Shown one piece after another: positions 20,415-30,509 of a DNA stretch of 64,000 nt. The position numbers and the translations under genes were made by a program. The notes under the pieces are model-generated. The model saw nothing but the letters and a program-made list of their open reading frames with translations. It was not told where the DNA came from and made no database searches. Source of the DNA: Alphaproteobacteria bacterium (lineage in GTDB: Bacteria; Pseudomonadota; Alphaproteobacteria; SP197). The DNA lies in contig OZ245842.1 of the NCBI GenBank assembly GCA_965228895.1, forward strand, positions 1,088,001-1,152,000. The letters are read 5' to 3'. How positions within the stretch are numbered: the first letter of the stretch is position 1; each line of letters begins with the position of its first letter.

Positions 20415-21182
20415 ATGGACATCGATTTCGGGCGCACGGCGGACGACTACGGAACCCATCGCGCGGGTTTCCCCGACCGGTTCTTTGACCGCATCATCGC
20501 CAGCGGCCTGGTTCAGCCCGGCCATGTTCTGCTCGACCTGGGCACCGGCACCGGCACCCTGGCGCGTGGCTTTGCCTTTCGCGGCTGCCGCGTCACCGGT
20601 CTTGATCCATCGCGTGAATTGCTCGATGAGGCGGCACGCCTGGCCGGCGAAACCGGCTTGGACATCACGTGGGTCGAGCGCACGGCGGAACGGACCGGCC
20701 AAGACGACGAAGCATTCGGTGTGGTGACGGCCGGCCAGTGTTGGCATTGGTTCGATCGGCCGCAAGCGGCCAACGAGGTACGTCGCCTGTTGCGCCCGGG
20801 CGGTCGCGTCATCATCGCTCATTTCGACTGGATTCCGCTGACCGGCAATCTGGTTGCGGCAACCGAAAGTCTGATCGAGAAACACAATCCCGCCTGGCCC
20901 TATGGCGGTCTCACCGGCATCAACCGCGAGTGGCTGGCCGATCTGGCCCATGCCGGCTTCGTCGACATGGAGACCGCGTCCTTCGACCATAAGCAGCCCT
21001 ATAGCCACGCCGCATGGCGAGGCCGCATCCGGGCGAGCGCCGGCGTGGCGGCGAGCCTGGCGCCAGATGATGTCGAAGCGTTTGACCGCGAGCTCGCGGC
21101 GATGCTGACACGCGATTTCCCCGAAGACCCTCTGTCGGTTCTCCACCGCGTCTGGTGGGTGACGGCCGTGGCTCCCGGCTGA
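20415..21182 (+). CDS. Class I SAM-dependent methyltransferase
   Basis: LDLGTGTG, AGQCWHWFD. Confidence 0.88.
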   Translation: MDIDFGRTADDYGTHRAGFPDRFFDRIIASGLVQPGHVLLDLGTGTGTLARGFAFRGCRVTGLDPSRELLDEAARLAGETGLDITWVERTAERTGQDDEAFGVVTAGQCWHWFDRPQAANEVRRLLRPGGRVIIAHFDWIPLTGNLVAATESLIEKHNPAWPYGGLTGINREWLADLAHAGFVDMETASFDHKQPYSHAAWRGRIRASAGVAASLAPDDVEAFDRELAAMLTRDFPEDPLSVLHRVWWVTAVAPG

Positions 21183-22892
21183 CTACTGGCCCAGCGCCGT
21201 GCCTTCCCGGCGTGGATCGGCGCCGCCATAGATCACGCCGTCGACGATGTGAAACCCCTGCAGCCCGGTCGTGTGCGAGCGAAGCGAAACGTCATGGCCC
21301 ATGTCCTCAAGACCGTCCTGCAGATCCGTCAGCGACGTCCCGTCTTCCAGCTCGGTCGTGCCGTTGCGGTTGACGTGATGCGGCAGTTCGATCGCGGCCT
21401 GAATGTCGAGACCCCAGTCGAGGTTGGCGATCAAAGTCTTCGCGACATAGGCAATGATACGCGAGCCGCCGACTGTGCCGACGGCCATCACCAGGTTGCC
21501 TTCCTGGTCAAGCACGATCATCGGCGCCATCGACGAACGCGGGCGTTTGCCCGGCTCGACTCGGTTGGCGACCGGCTGACCGTCGATCTCGGGAACGAAG
21601 GAGAAGTCGGTGAGTTCGTTGTTCAGCATGAATCCGTTGACCATCAAACGGCTGCCGAAGGCCTGTTCGATGCTGGTGGTCATGGAAACCGCATTACCGT
21701 CGCGGTCCACGATGCTGACGTGACTGGTGGAATAGCCGATCGTCGCGTCGGGGTCGGGCGCCCAGTGGCTGTGATCGCTCTCCGGTGGTGACCCGGCCAC
21801 CGCTTCGCCCATGCTTGATGTTGGATCGATCAGCGTCGCGCGATCAGCAAGGTAGGCTTTGTCGAGCAGGCCGGTGATCGGCACGGCAACGAAGTCGTCG
21901 TCGCCGATATAGAGATTGCGATCGGCATAGGCGAGGCGGCTTGCCTCCGACACCAGATGAACCGCTTCGAGCGACGACGGCTCGACCGACTGGATGTCAT
22001 GGTTTTCCAGCAGCAGAAGGATTTGCAGCACGGTGATCCCGCCGGAGCTGGGCGGGCCCATGCCGCAGATCCGCCAGATCCGATAGGGCGCGCAGACCGG
22101 CGGACGTTCCTTGGCCTGATAGGCGGCAAAATCGTCCAATGCGAGAAGACCGGGATTGACGGTCGTGCCTTCGACCATGGCGACGATGCTTTCGGCAATC
22201 GGCCCGTCATAAAAGGCATTGGCGCCGCCTTGGGCGATCTGGCGCAGGGTTTGCGCGTAGTCCGGGTTCACCAACCGCGTGCCGATCGGTTTTCGGTCAC
22301 CGTTGTGATCGAAGTAGAAGTGGAAGAAGGTCGGAAACCGTTCGGGCTCCTCGACCCAGTCCAGCACCTCGTAGAGGCGCGGCGAGATCGTGAACCCGTT
22401 TTCGGCGAGCCGGATAGCCGGCTCGAACAGGTCCGCCCACGGCAGCTTGCCATGACGGGCGTGGACCATTTCCAGCATTCTGACGACGCCGGGCGTGCCG
22501 ACCGGCAGGCCGCCTTGCGACGCCGTCGTCCACGACATCGGCTCGCCATCGGGCTTCAGGAAAAGGTTGGGGGTCGCCGCCAACGGCGCGGTTTCGCGAC
22601 CGTCGAACGACGTCACGGTCCGGTCATCGGCGTTATAGAACAGCAGGAACGCGCCGCCGCCGATGCCCGACGACTGCGGTTCGACCAGGCCCAGTACCAT
22701 CTGAGCCGCGATCGCCGCGTCGACCGCGCTGCCGCCGGCAACGATCATGTCGCGCGCGGCCTTTGTCGCCAACGGGTTTGCCGTCGAGGCCATGAAATCG
22801 TCGGAGACGACCGGGCTCGCCGCCCAACTGTCCTGCCGTACGAACGGCAGAACCAACAAACCGACAAGCGATAACGCGACCAAAAAACGCAT
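21183..22892 (-). CDS. ggt: Gamma-glutamyltransferase
   Basis: SSGIGGG, FDGRETAP, TSHVS autoprocessing Thr, LNNELTDFS, PRSSMAP, GADPRR; start moved to MRFLVALS signal peptide. Confidence 0.95.
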   Translation of the reverse strand: MRFLVALSLVGLLVLPFVRQDSWAASPVVSDDFMASTANPLATKAARDMIVAGGSAVDAAIAAQMVLGLVEPQSSGIGGGAFLLFYNADDRTVTSFDGRETAPLAATPNLFLKPDGEPMSWTTASQGGLPVGTPGVVRMLEMVHARHGKLPWADLFEPAIRLAENGFTISPRLYEVLDWVEEPERFPTFFHFYFDHNGDRKPIGTRLVNPDYAQTLRQIAQGGANAFYDGPIAESIVAMVEGTTVNPGLLALDDFAAYQAKERPPVCAPYRIWRICGMGPPSSGGITVLQILLLLENHDIQSVEPSSLEAVHLVSEASRLAYADRNLYIGDDDFVAVPITGLLDKAYLADRATLIDPTSSMGEAVAGSPPESDHSHWAPDPDATIGYSTSHVSIVDRDGNAVSMTTSIEQAFGSRLMVNGFMLNNELTDFSFVPEIDGQPVANRVEPGKRPRSSMAPMIVLDQEGNLVMAVGTVGGSRIIAYVAKTLIANLDWGLDIQAAIELPHHVNRNGTTELEDGTSLTDLQDGLEDMGHDVSLRSHTTGLQGFHIVDGVIYGGADPRREGTALGQ

Positions 22893-22979
22893 GACTAAAC
22901 TCCAGGGTCCGCAACGGCGGGAGAAGCGGCTATTCTTTGGGCCGGACGGGTGATTGGCAAGACGTGTGACCGGCGGAGG

Positions 22980-23414
22980 GTGTGGCCGTTGCTTTTGGGG
23001 ATTGTGATTTCCATCGTTCTCGTGCTGACGACGATCGGCATCCATTTCGAGTTCCTGCGCCGGATGCCGGCCATTGCCGAACGTATCAACGTTCGGCCAC
23101 GTCTCAGAATCCTGGTCGTGATGGTTGGCGCTTTTGTCGCGCACACCCTGGAGATCTATTTCTTCGCACTCGGCTACTGGCTGCTCGATTCGATCTATCC
23201 GCCTGAGCTGTTCGACGGCGTGTTTGACGGCGAGTTCTTGGACTACGTGTATTTTTCGGCAGCGTCCTATACGTCGCTGGGCGTTGGTGACATCTGGCCT
23301 TTGGGGCCGGTACGCATCATCAGTGGTTCAGAAGCGCTAACAGGGCTGATCATGATCGCCTGGACCGCCTCGTACACCTACCTGATGATGGGCCGGTACT
23401 GGCACCAGCGTTAG
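22980..23414 (+). CDS. Small potassium-channel-family (Ion_trans_2-like) protein
   Basis: DYVYFSAASYTSLGVGDIWP pore-loop-like segment between TMs. Confidence 0.8.
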   Translation: MWPLLLGIVISIVLVLTTIGIHFEFLRRMPAIAERINVRPRLRILVVMVGAFVAHTLEIYFFALGYWLLDSIYPPELFDGVFDGEFLDYVYFSAASYTSLGVGDIWPLGPVRIISGSEALTGLIMIAWTASYTYLMMGRYWHQR

Positions 23415-23447
23415 TGGTCCAGAGACAAAAGCTCGTTGGGAAAAGCC

Positions 23448-24452
23448 ATGACGCGTCCAGGCCCGCGCAACCTGATCACCGATGTCGACGGCATCAAGGT
23501 CGGCCACGCCGAAGATCACCACGCGCGCAGCGGCGTCACCGTGGTATTGCCGGATGCGCGCACGACTTGCGCTGTCGACGTTCGCGGCGGCGCTCCCGGC
23601 ACCCGTGAAACCGAATCGCTCGACCCAACCTGTTTGGTCGACGCGGTCGACGCGATTGTCCTGAGCGGCGGATCGGCCTTTGGCTTGGACGCGGCGTCCG
23701 GCGTCATGAGCTGGCTTGCCCAGGCTGGGCGCGGCTTCGTTGTCGCCGGCATGACGGTCCCCATCGTGCCGGCGGCGATCCTGTTCGATCTGGCGAACGG
23801 CGGCGACAAGAGTTGGGTCGCCGAGCCACCCTATCGCGCCCTTGGCCTACAAGCGGCGGATGACACGGGTGAGACGTTTGATCTGGGCAATGTGGGCGCC
23901 GGGCTGGGCGCTTCCGCTGGTGCGTTGAAGGGCGGCTTGGGCAGCGCGTCCGCCGTATCCGACGATGGGCTTCAGGTTGCCGCCCTGGTCGCCGTCAACA
24001 GTGTGGGCTCCGGTGTAATGCCCGGTACCGACACGCTGTGGGCCTGGCCGTTTGAGCAACAGGATGAGATGGGCGGGCAGACACCGCCGGTGCTTAACGG
24101 TGACCTGGCGATGGCCGGATCAATGCCGGGTCTGCCGGCGGAGAACACCACCATCGGCGTTGTCGCCTGCAACGCTCGGCTGTCCAAGGCGCAGGCCGAG
24201 CGTGTCGCCATTATGGCCCATGACGGTTATGCCCGCGCCATTCGCCCGATCCACACCCCGTTCGACGGCGACACTGTCTTCTCGCTGGCGACGGCGGCTT
24301 GGGGTCCGGATGCGGTGGATCCGGACCTCCTGCTGCTTATCGGCAGCCTGGCCGCCGATTGCATGGCGCGGGCTATCGGCCGTGCCTTGTGGCACGCCGA
24401 CAGCCTGGGCGACCTGAAAAGCTACCGCGACACGCATCGCGGCGCGGACTAA
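23448..24452 (+). CDS. P1/DmpA family peptidase
   Basis: ITDVDGIKVGH, DVRGGAPGTRET, GGSAFGL, HTPFDGDTVF. Confidence 0.92.
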   Translation: MTRPGPRNLITDVDGIKVGHAEDHHARSGVTVVLPDARTTCAVDVRGGAPGTRETESLDPTCLVDAVDAIVLSGGSAFGLDAASGVMSWLAQAGRGFVVAGMTVPIVPAAILFDLANGGDKSWVAEPPYRALGLQAADDTGETFDLGNVGAGLGASAGALKGGLGSASAVSDDGLQVAALVAVNSVGSGVMPGTDTLWAWPFEQQDEMGGQTPPVLNGDLAMAGSMPGLPAENTTIGVVACNARLSKAQAERVAIMAHDGYARAIRPIHTPFDGDTVFSLATAAWGPDAVDPDLLLLIGSLAADCMARAIGRALWHADSLGDLKSYRDTHRGAD

Positions 24453-24473
24453 ACTCGGCGCGAAGGAGGGCTC

Positions 24474-25163
24474 ATGCCGACAGCGCTTGTGACCGGGGCC
24501 AGCCGCGGGCTGGGGCTGGAGTTCGTCCGCCAGTACGCCGAAGCCGGGTGGACGGTGCATGCCGGCGCCCGCGATCCGGACTCGGCGACGCTTCTCGTAA
24601 AGGCCGCATCGCTGGGGGATGTGCATGGCCATCGCCTCGACGTCGCCAACCACGATCAGATCAGAGCACTCGCTGACAGACTGTCTGGTCAGCCGATCGA
24701 TCTCCTGATCAACAACGCCGGTCTGTGGGTCGGTGAGGACGAAGCCTATGGCCGGGTCAGTGATGACGTCTGGATGGAGGAGTTTCGCGTGCATGTCTTC
24801 GGCACGATGGCGATGTGCGAGGCCTTCGTCGATCATGTCGCGGCGAGCGACAGGAAACACATCGTCAACATCTCCAGCGGCAACGGCAGCCTGGGCTGGG
24901 ACGTCAATGTCGGCGACTACCCCTACAACACCAGCAAGGCAGCCTTGAACATGATCACCCGCAGCATGGCTGTCGACCTTGCCGACCGCGGCATCATCGT
25001 TGTCGCGTTCTCGCCCGGTTTTGTCGCGACCGATATGTCCGGGCCCGATGCGGATCTGACACCCGCCGAGAGCATCGGCGCCATGCGCCAATTGATTGAA
25101 ACGCTGAGGCCAACCGACACCGGAACGTTTCGCCGCTATAACGGCGAGACGATCCCTTGGTAG
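24474..25163 (+). CDS. SDR oxidoreductase (C-factor-like)
   Basis: TGASRGLG, NNAG, YNTSK. Confidence 0.9.
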   Translation: MPTALVTGASRGLGLEFVRQYAEAGWTVHAGARDPDSATLLVKAASLGDVHGHRLDVANHDQIRALADRLSGQPIDLLINNAGLWVGEDEAYGRVSDDVWMEEFRVHVFGTMAMCEAFVDHVAASDRKHIVNISSGNGSLGWDVNVGDYPYNTSKAALNMITRSMAVDLADRGIIVVAFSPGFVATDMSGPDADLTPAESIGAMRQLIETLRPTDTGTFRRYNGETIPW

Positions 25164-25168
25164 CCGCG

Positions 25169-25864
25169 ATGAGCAAGACCACCGTGCTTGTTACCGGCGC
25201 CAACAGGGGCATTGGCGAGGCCTTCGTGCGTCATTATGTCGACGCTGGTTGCCGCGTACACGCGTGCTGCCGTGTGCCTGAACAGGCCGTGGCGCTGCGT
25301 GATACGGCAAAGACGGGTGACGTTCTGCTGCATCGGCTCGACGTGACGGATATAGCCTCGATCCACGACCTGGCGGCCGCCATTGATGACGAACCCATCG
25401 ACATTCTGATCAACAACGCCGGCGTTGGCGGCGCTGCGCCCCAGAGCTTCGGCCACATGGACTATGACGATTGGGAGATGGTGCTGCGCACCAACGTCAT
25501 CGGGCCCTATCGGGTCGCCGAGGCCCTGGCGGACCGGGTCGCGGCAAGCGCAATGAAACGCATAGCCAACATCTCCAGCGGCATGGCGAGTTTGGCCGAC
25601 AACCGATCGGGCGGCAGCTACGCCTATCGCTCGTCCAAGGCGGCGCTCAACATGGTGGTGGTCAATCTGGCGCGCGATCTGGCCGAGCATGGCATCTCGG
25701 TGATCGCCTTGTGTCCGGGCTGGGTCATCACCGATATGGGTGGTGCGGGCGCTGAACTGACCGCTGACGAGAGTGTTGCCGGCATGAGCCGTGTCATCGC
25801 CGGCGCCGACCTGTCACGCTCCGGGCGGTTCTTTCATCACGAGGGCCACGAGTTCCCCTGGTAG
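25169..25864 (+). CDS. SDR oxidoreductase (C-factor-like), tandem paralog
   Basis: TGANRGIG, NNAG, YRSSK, PGWVITDMGG. Confidence 0.9.
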   Translation: MSKTTVLVTGANRGIGEAFVRHYVDAGCRVHACCRVPEQAVALRDTAKTGDVLLHRLDVTDIASIHDLAAAIDDEPIDILINNAGVGGAAPQSFGHMDYDDWEMVLRTNVIGPYRVAEALADRVAASAMKRIANISSGMASLADNRSGGSYAYRSSKAALNMVVVNLARDLAEHGISVIALCPGWVITDMGGAGAELTADESVAGMSRVIAGADLSRSGRFFHHEGHEFPW

Positions 25865-25899
25865 GTCGGGTTACGTCATTCTACTGACGACCGGCGCCG

Positions 25900-25964
25900 G
25901 CCCACTCCCCCCGCCCGGCCACCCCGAAGATGCTGCCATGGGTGGCCGGGCGGGGGGAGTGGGC
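25900..25964. repeat. Perfect 25-bp inverted repeat (REP-like hairpin or bidirectional terminator)
   Basis: GCCCACTCCCCCCGCCCGGCCACCC-N15-GGGTGGCCGGGCGGGGGGAGTGGGC between convergent genes. Confidence 0.85.
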
Positions 25965-25987
25965 TGGTGATGTCGCTAGAACACGGC

Positions 25988-26413
25988 TCAGACTTGAACG
26001 TCGGGTACCGGGAAGAGGGAACAGCCGTTGATGCGCCAGCTGCCGTCAGCCTGTTGTTCCATGGTGTAGACAGCAAGGAATGACGCGCCCGTTTGACCGG
26101 TGACGACGACCTCCTGGATCGTCGTCTCGCCGATCTTGCGCGGTGCTTCGAAGCTGGCGTCAATCGAGCGGTAGACTGCGGGATAACCGGTCCGGACCAT
26201 CTCCATGAAGATATCGACCGACTGGAACTTGTTCTGAATGGCCGGCGCTGCGTAACCGAACGCCTCGTTGCCGTCGTCGCGCTTGAAGGCGTCGAGCTGG
26301 CTTTCGATGACCTCGCGAATGGCCAGCGCGTCATCGCCGCTGACGTCCTCGTCGGCCTGAGCCGGCAGAACGACCATAATGGCCGCGACAAAAGAAAGGA
26401 AAAGTCGTTTCAT
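25988..26413 (-). CDS. DUF4864-like secreted protein
   Basis: Signal peptide; IESQLDAF..DD...AF.YAAP, FMEMVRTGYPAVYR, DGSWRINGC. Confidence 0.8.
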   Translation of the reverse strand: MKRLFLSFVAAIMVVLPAQADEDVSGDDALAIREVIESQLDAFKRDDGNEAFGYAAPAIQNKFQSVDIFMEMVRTGYPAVYRSIDASFEAPRKIGETTIQEVVVTGQTGASFLAVYTMEQQADGSWRINGCSLFPVPDVQV

Positions 26414-26505
26414 GATGCCCCTCCGCAGCAGTGTGTGGCGGATTTCAGGTGCCGCACACGACCTTGATACGCACCGAGGGCCCGCGCCGATCACCGGCGC
26501 GTGAT

Positions 26506-27651
26506 CTAGCGAACGTAAATGCGGACCTGGTTGACGTCGGCATCGCCGGCGGTGATCGCCGAGAGCGTCAGCCGGTCGGCCGGCAGTCCCATTTCTGAAA
26601 GCGACCGCAGGACATCTTCGGCGTTACGCTTGACAGCGCTGCTGTTGAGCGCGACCTCGCCGGCCGAACCGGCGGCAGGCGCCACGGCGACCAGATCGAA
26701 CAGCGCGCCGGGCTTGCGTTCGAGCGCCGCGCTGACCGCCTGATAGAGCGCGTCCTGATAGGCGACGTCATCATCGGCGAAGCGGATCACGACCAGCGGC
26801 TCACGGGTGGCGAGCGCGACTTCACTGGTCATGGCCGCCGGTGCCTGAAGCGTGCCCAACTGATCAAGCGCCGGGCCATAGAGACGGCCGCTGTTGATCG
26901 CCTGGGCCAGTTGGGTCAGACGCCGGCGTTCGGCGTTGACGTAGACGGTCTGGCGTTCGACCAGCGAGTTCAGGTCGTTCAGCGTGCGCTCGACGGTGAC
27001 GATCGTGCGGTTGTTTTCGTCTTCGAGCACGCCGAGCTGGCGATGGTCTTCCTCGACCGCACCGGAAAGCCGGAACGTCGCGTCGATGGCGTCGGAGATA
27101 TAGCTGGTCAGCGCCGCGTTCGACGCGACCGCGCTGTTCAGCGTGTTGAAGATCGCGACATCGTTGGCGACCTGCTCCAGCTGCGCCTGGGCGGCGTTGT
27201 ACTGACTGACCAGGACCGGATTGCCCGGCGTTGTGCCGATCTGCAGGCGCGCGGTGATCGCGGCGACGCTGGCGTAATAGCGCTGGGCGTTCTGTTCGGC
27301 GATGACGCGTTGGTTCTCATAGCTGTTGCGGTTCTGGCGCACCGAGGACTTGAGCTGCTCCAGTTCGCCCGCCAGTTCGCGGACCTTCTGGCCGACAAAG
27401 GTGCCGGTGTTGCCGAACGCGGTGTTGTCGATCTGGGTTTCGGTGACGCTGCCGACCGGCTCGACGACGATGGTGTCGTCGCTGTAGAGCACGACACTTT
27501 CGCCGTCCGCCATTTGTCCCTGCTCAGCAGCCGCCTCGCCGGCAGGATCCTCGCCGGTCAGGGTGGGAAACAGGACGGAGTCGGCGGTCTCGCAACCGGC
27601 GAGCAGAAACACGGCCCCAAAGAGCCCGATCCAACGGTGCGAGAAAGTCAT
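26506..27651 (-). CDS. Lipoprotein with long coiled coil and possible OmpA-like C-terminal domain
   Basis: Lipobox LLAGC; Ala/Gln-rich helices; C-terminal VIRF...VLRSLSEMGLPADRL...NQVRIYVR. Confidence 0.7.
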   Translation of the reverse strand: MTFSHRWIGLFGAVFLLAGCETADSVLFPTLTGEDPAGEAAAEQGQMADGESVVLYSDDTIVVEPVGSVTETQIDNTAFGNTGTFVGQKVRELAGELEQLKSSVRQNRNSYENQRVIAEQNAQRYYASVAAITARLQIGTTPGNPVLVSQYNAAQAQLEQVANDVAIFNTLNSAVASNAALTSYISDAIDATFRLSGAVEEDHRQLGVLEDENNRTIVTVERTLNDLNSLVERQTVYVNAERRRLTQLAQAINSGRLYGPALDQLGTLQAPAAMTSEVALATREPLVVIRFADDDVAYQDALYQAVSAALERKPGALFDLVAVAPAAGSAGEVALNSSAVKRNAEDVLRSLSEMGLPADRLTLSAITAGDADVNQVRIYVR

Positions 27652-27809
27652 CAGACGCAGCCTATCGCTTTGACAAGTATAGTAAAAATGCTGATCCCCC
27701 CGGATCGGCTTAAACCCCGAATGCCGATCCCCTAATGGGCCGGATACTACGCGACGGCCAGACCGGCTACAAGGTTGAATTCCCTGGCATTTCAACCTGT
27801 GCTTGGGGC

Positions 27810-27838
27810 TTGCGGGCGGGCCCGGCTTCGACTAGGTT
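27810..27838 (+). promoter_or_regulatory. Putative tRNA promoter
   Basis: TTGCGG-N17-TAGGTT 42 bp upstream of the tRNA. Confidence 0.5.
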
Positions 27839-27880
27839 CCGCCTCCGGCGAGACGGGCAGACCGCCCGCCGCCGACCGGT

Positions 27881-27957
27881 GCACCCCTAGCTCAACTGGA
27901 TAGAGCACCTGACTACGGATCAGGAGGTTGGGGGTTCGAATCCTCCGGGGTGCGCCA
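27881..27957 (+). tRNA. tRNA-Arg(ACG)
   Basis: 77 nt; acceptor GCACCCC/GGGGTGC, anticodon arm CCTGA-CTACGGA-TCAGG, T-loop GTTCGAATC, encoded CCA. Confidence 0.97.
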
Positions 27958-28013
27958 TTCTTTTCTTCCCATAGCGCAATAGCGGTTAGGCGACGGAGCG
28001 CCGTGTGACGGCT

Positions 28014-29360
28014 CTAGCCACGTTCGATGGTGAACCAGGCGGCGACGAAGGCCAGGAAGATCATGGCGGCGGTCACGGCAAAGACGAGTTCGAAACTGCC
28101 GGTTATGGCGAGCAGGGTGCCGCAAATCGCCATGCCGGCGGTGCCGCCGACTTGTTGAATGCCGCGCGCGACGCCGCCGGCCAGGCCGCGTTGTTCAGCG
28201 GTGACCGCGTTCATCACGGCACGCAGCGGTGGCGTGAAGAAGAACACGCCGGTCGCGCTCAAGACGATGAGCGGCGGCAGAAGATAGAGGTACGACACGC
28301 CGTCCGCCACTGCCGCCAGCCAGACGAAGGCAAGGCCCGAGAGTGCCAGGCCCCAAAGCGTTGGCCGGCGTGTGCCGAATTTGTCAGCAATCACGCCGGC
28401 GCGCGGCGCCGCGATCGGTCCCAACGCGACCGCTGCCAGCAACGTCGCGCCGGCGCCGAGCGGACTCATGTTCAGGACGTCTTGCAGATAGAGCGATCCG
28501 AAGACGAAGACGGACAGCTTGACGAACTGGCCCGCGAAAATCACCACGGCAGAGCCTGAGAACGTCTTGTTGAAGAACAGGTCCATGTCGACCAGGGGAT
28601 CGGCGACCCGGCGTTCCACGAATACGAAGCCGATCAAAACAACGATACCGGCAATGAGCATGATCAGGACTTTGTCGTCGCCCCAGCCCCATTCCGGACC
28701 CTGCATGACACCGCCCACCAGCGTGGCCATGCCGAGAACGAGGATGATGAGCCCGGCAGCGTCGAAGCGCGGACGCTTGGAAGCGTCGCGGGTTTCTCGC
28801 CACACGACGGCAATGATCACACCGATGGCGGCGACGAATGGCAGGTTGACCCAGAAGATCCAGCGCCACGACAACACTTCGGTCAGCAAGCCGCCGACGA
28901 ACGGTCCAGCGGCGATAAAGAACGTCGCAATCATGGAGACGATGCCGAGCGCCTTGCCACGCTCTTCTGCGGGAAACACGGTACTGATGATGGCCAGCGC
29001 CAACGGAAAGATGATCGCGGCGCCGATCCCCTGGATCGCGCGCGCGGCAATGATCCACGTGCCCGAGGTCGCGAACCCGCAGGCGAAGGATGCCAGACCG
29101 AAGATCGTCGCGCCGACAAGGAAGAGCGTGCGGATGCCGACGATGTCGGACAGTCGGCCCGCGCCGACAATCAGGCTTGCGAACACCAGCAGATAGGCGT
29201 TGACCACCCAGTGTGATGCGACCTGTGTCATGGCCAAGTCGTCACGGATGGTCGGCAGCGCGACGCCGACCACCGTCTCGTCGAGCACGGTCAGACCCAG
29301 CACGCCGCCAACGGCGAGAAGGATCCACCAGCGGCGGCGCTCAAGATCGCTTGTTGTCAT
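28014..29360 (-). CDS. MFS transporter, DHA2 (EmrB/QacA-like)
   Basis: LDETVVGVALP, WVVNAYLL, GRLSDIVG, WRWIFWVNLP. Confidence 0.88.
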   Translation of the reverse strand: MTTSDLERRRWWILLAVGGVLGLTVLDETVVGVALPTIRDDLAMTQVASHWVVNAYLLVFASLIVGAGRLSDIVGIRTLFLVGATIFGLASFACGFATSGTWIIAARAIQGIGAAIIFPLALAIISTVFPAEERGKALGIVSMIATFFIAAGPFVGGLLTEVLSWRWIFWVNLPFVAAIGVIIAVVWRETRDASKRPRFDAAGLIILVLGMATLVGGVMQGPEWGWGDDKVLIMLIAGIVVLIGFVFVERRVADPLVDMDLFFNKTFSGSAVVIFAGQFVKLSVFVFGSLYLQDVLNMSPLGAGATLLAAVALGPIAAPRAGVIADKFGTRRPTLWGLALSGLAFVWLAAVADGVSYLYLLPPLIVLSATGVFFFTPPLRAVMNAVTAEQRGLAGGVARGIQQVGGTAGMAICGTLLAITGSFELVFAVTAAMIFLAFVAAWFTIERG

Positions 29361-29591
29361 GACGCGATCAGGCGGGCGGCGTCTCGGTGTTGACCGCAGC
29401 CTCGGTTGGTAGGCTGTTGGCGAGCGCGGCGAAAAGCTTGGGCATCTCGTCCAACGCGCTTAGACAGGTTTCTAGATGTGTGAAGCCATTGGCCATGCTG
29501 TGTCCCCCTTTGGCTTAACGGCCAATCTACGGAAGTTCCGTGGTGAGTAAAACCGCACTGGTACGCCGTCTGCTGGACAAACGATGCCAAT

Positions 29592-30509
29592 TCAGTGGCG
29601 TTTGCTCTCCTGCCATGTGTCCTCTTGCGCCTGCAGCTCGGTCGTCAGCCAATCGAAGAAGGATTGCGCACCATCGGTCACGTCGCCGCGGCTAGGGCGG
29701 ACCAGATAGTAGCCTCGTCGAATGGGCACGGTTTTCTCGAAAGGCCGTACGAGGGTCCCCTTGGCCAGGGCGTCGTATGTGAGAACGTTGTCACCAAGCG
29801 CAAACCCCTCGCCGGCCTCGGCGGCTTGCAGGGCAAGGTGAATGCTGGAGACCCGTGGGCCTTTGTTGGCGGCGACATCCTTGACACCGGCCCGCTGGAA
29901 CCAGCGTTGCCACATATCTCTCGTGCTTTCGTGAATGAGGGTGAAGCCGGCAACGGCTTTGAGATCGTTGCCAAGCTCATGGCTATCGGCGAGCGTCGGA
30001 CTGCACACCGGAAACATTTCAACATCGGCGAGGCGGATGACGTCAACGTCCTCCCATTCGCCAGTCCCAAATCGAATGCCGATTTGCGCCGCGTTGCTGC
30101 GAAAGTTAACGACCTCGTTGGTCGGTTCGATGTTCAACTCGACATCGGGACAGACCGATTGAATCTCACCAAGACGCGGAACCAGCCATCGAAAGGCAAA
30201 GGCGACTTCGACGCTGACGGTGAGGGCGCACGAGGCGTCGTCTCCGCGTATCTCGCGTGTCGCGGCTAGGAGGTCGTCGAAGATAGGGGTGAGCCGCTTC
30301 AGGTAACGTCCGCCAACCTCGGTCAGTGTGACGCCCTGGGGATGGCGCACGAACAGCTCAGCGCCCAGCCATTGTTCCAGCAGCCGAACATGGCGGCTGA
30401 TGGCCGCATGGGTGACGAAGAGCTCGTTGGCAGCCCGGGTGAAACTCTCACGCCGTGCTGCGGCTTCGAAGGCCCGAAGGGCGTTCAAGGAGGGGAGGTC
30501 GCGGGCCAT
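29592..30509 (-). CDS. LysR-family regulator (GcvA-like)
   Basis: LPSLNALRAFEAAAR.ESFTRAANEL.VTHAAISRHV. Confidence 0.92.
   Translation of the reverse strand: MARDLPSLNALRAFEAAARRESFTRAANELFVTHAAISRHVRLLEQWLGAELFVRHPQGVTLTEVGGRYLKRLTPIFDDLLAATREIRGDDASCALTVSVEVAFAFRWLVPRLGEIQSVCPDVELNIEPTNEVVNFRSNAAQIGIRFGTGEWEDVDVIRLADVEMFPVCSPTLADSHELGNDLKAVAGFTLIHESTRDMWQRWFQRAGVKDVAANKGPRVSSIHLALQAAEAGEGFALGDNVLTYDALAKGTLVRPFEKTVPIRRGYYLVRPSRGDVTDGAQSFFDWLTTELQAQEDTWQESKRH

Noticed and set aside
22893-23144. N-terminal extension of ggt in the ORF track
   Set aside because: Overlaps the divergent channel gene; signal peptide begins at 22892
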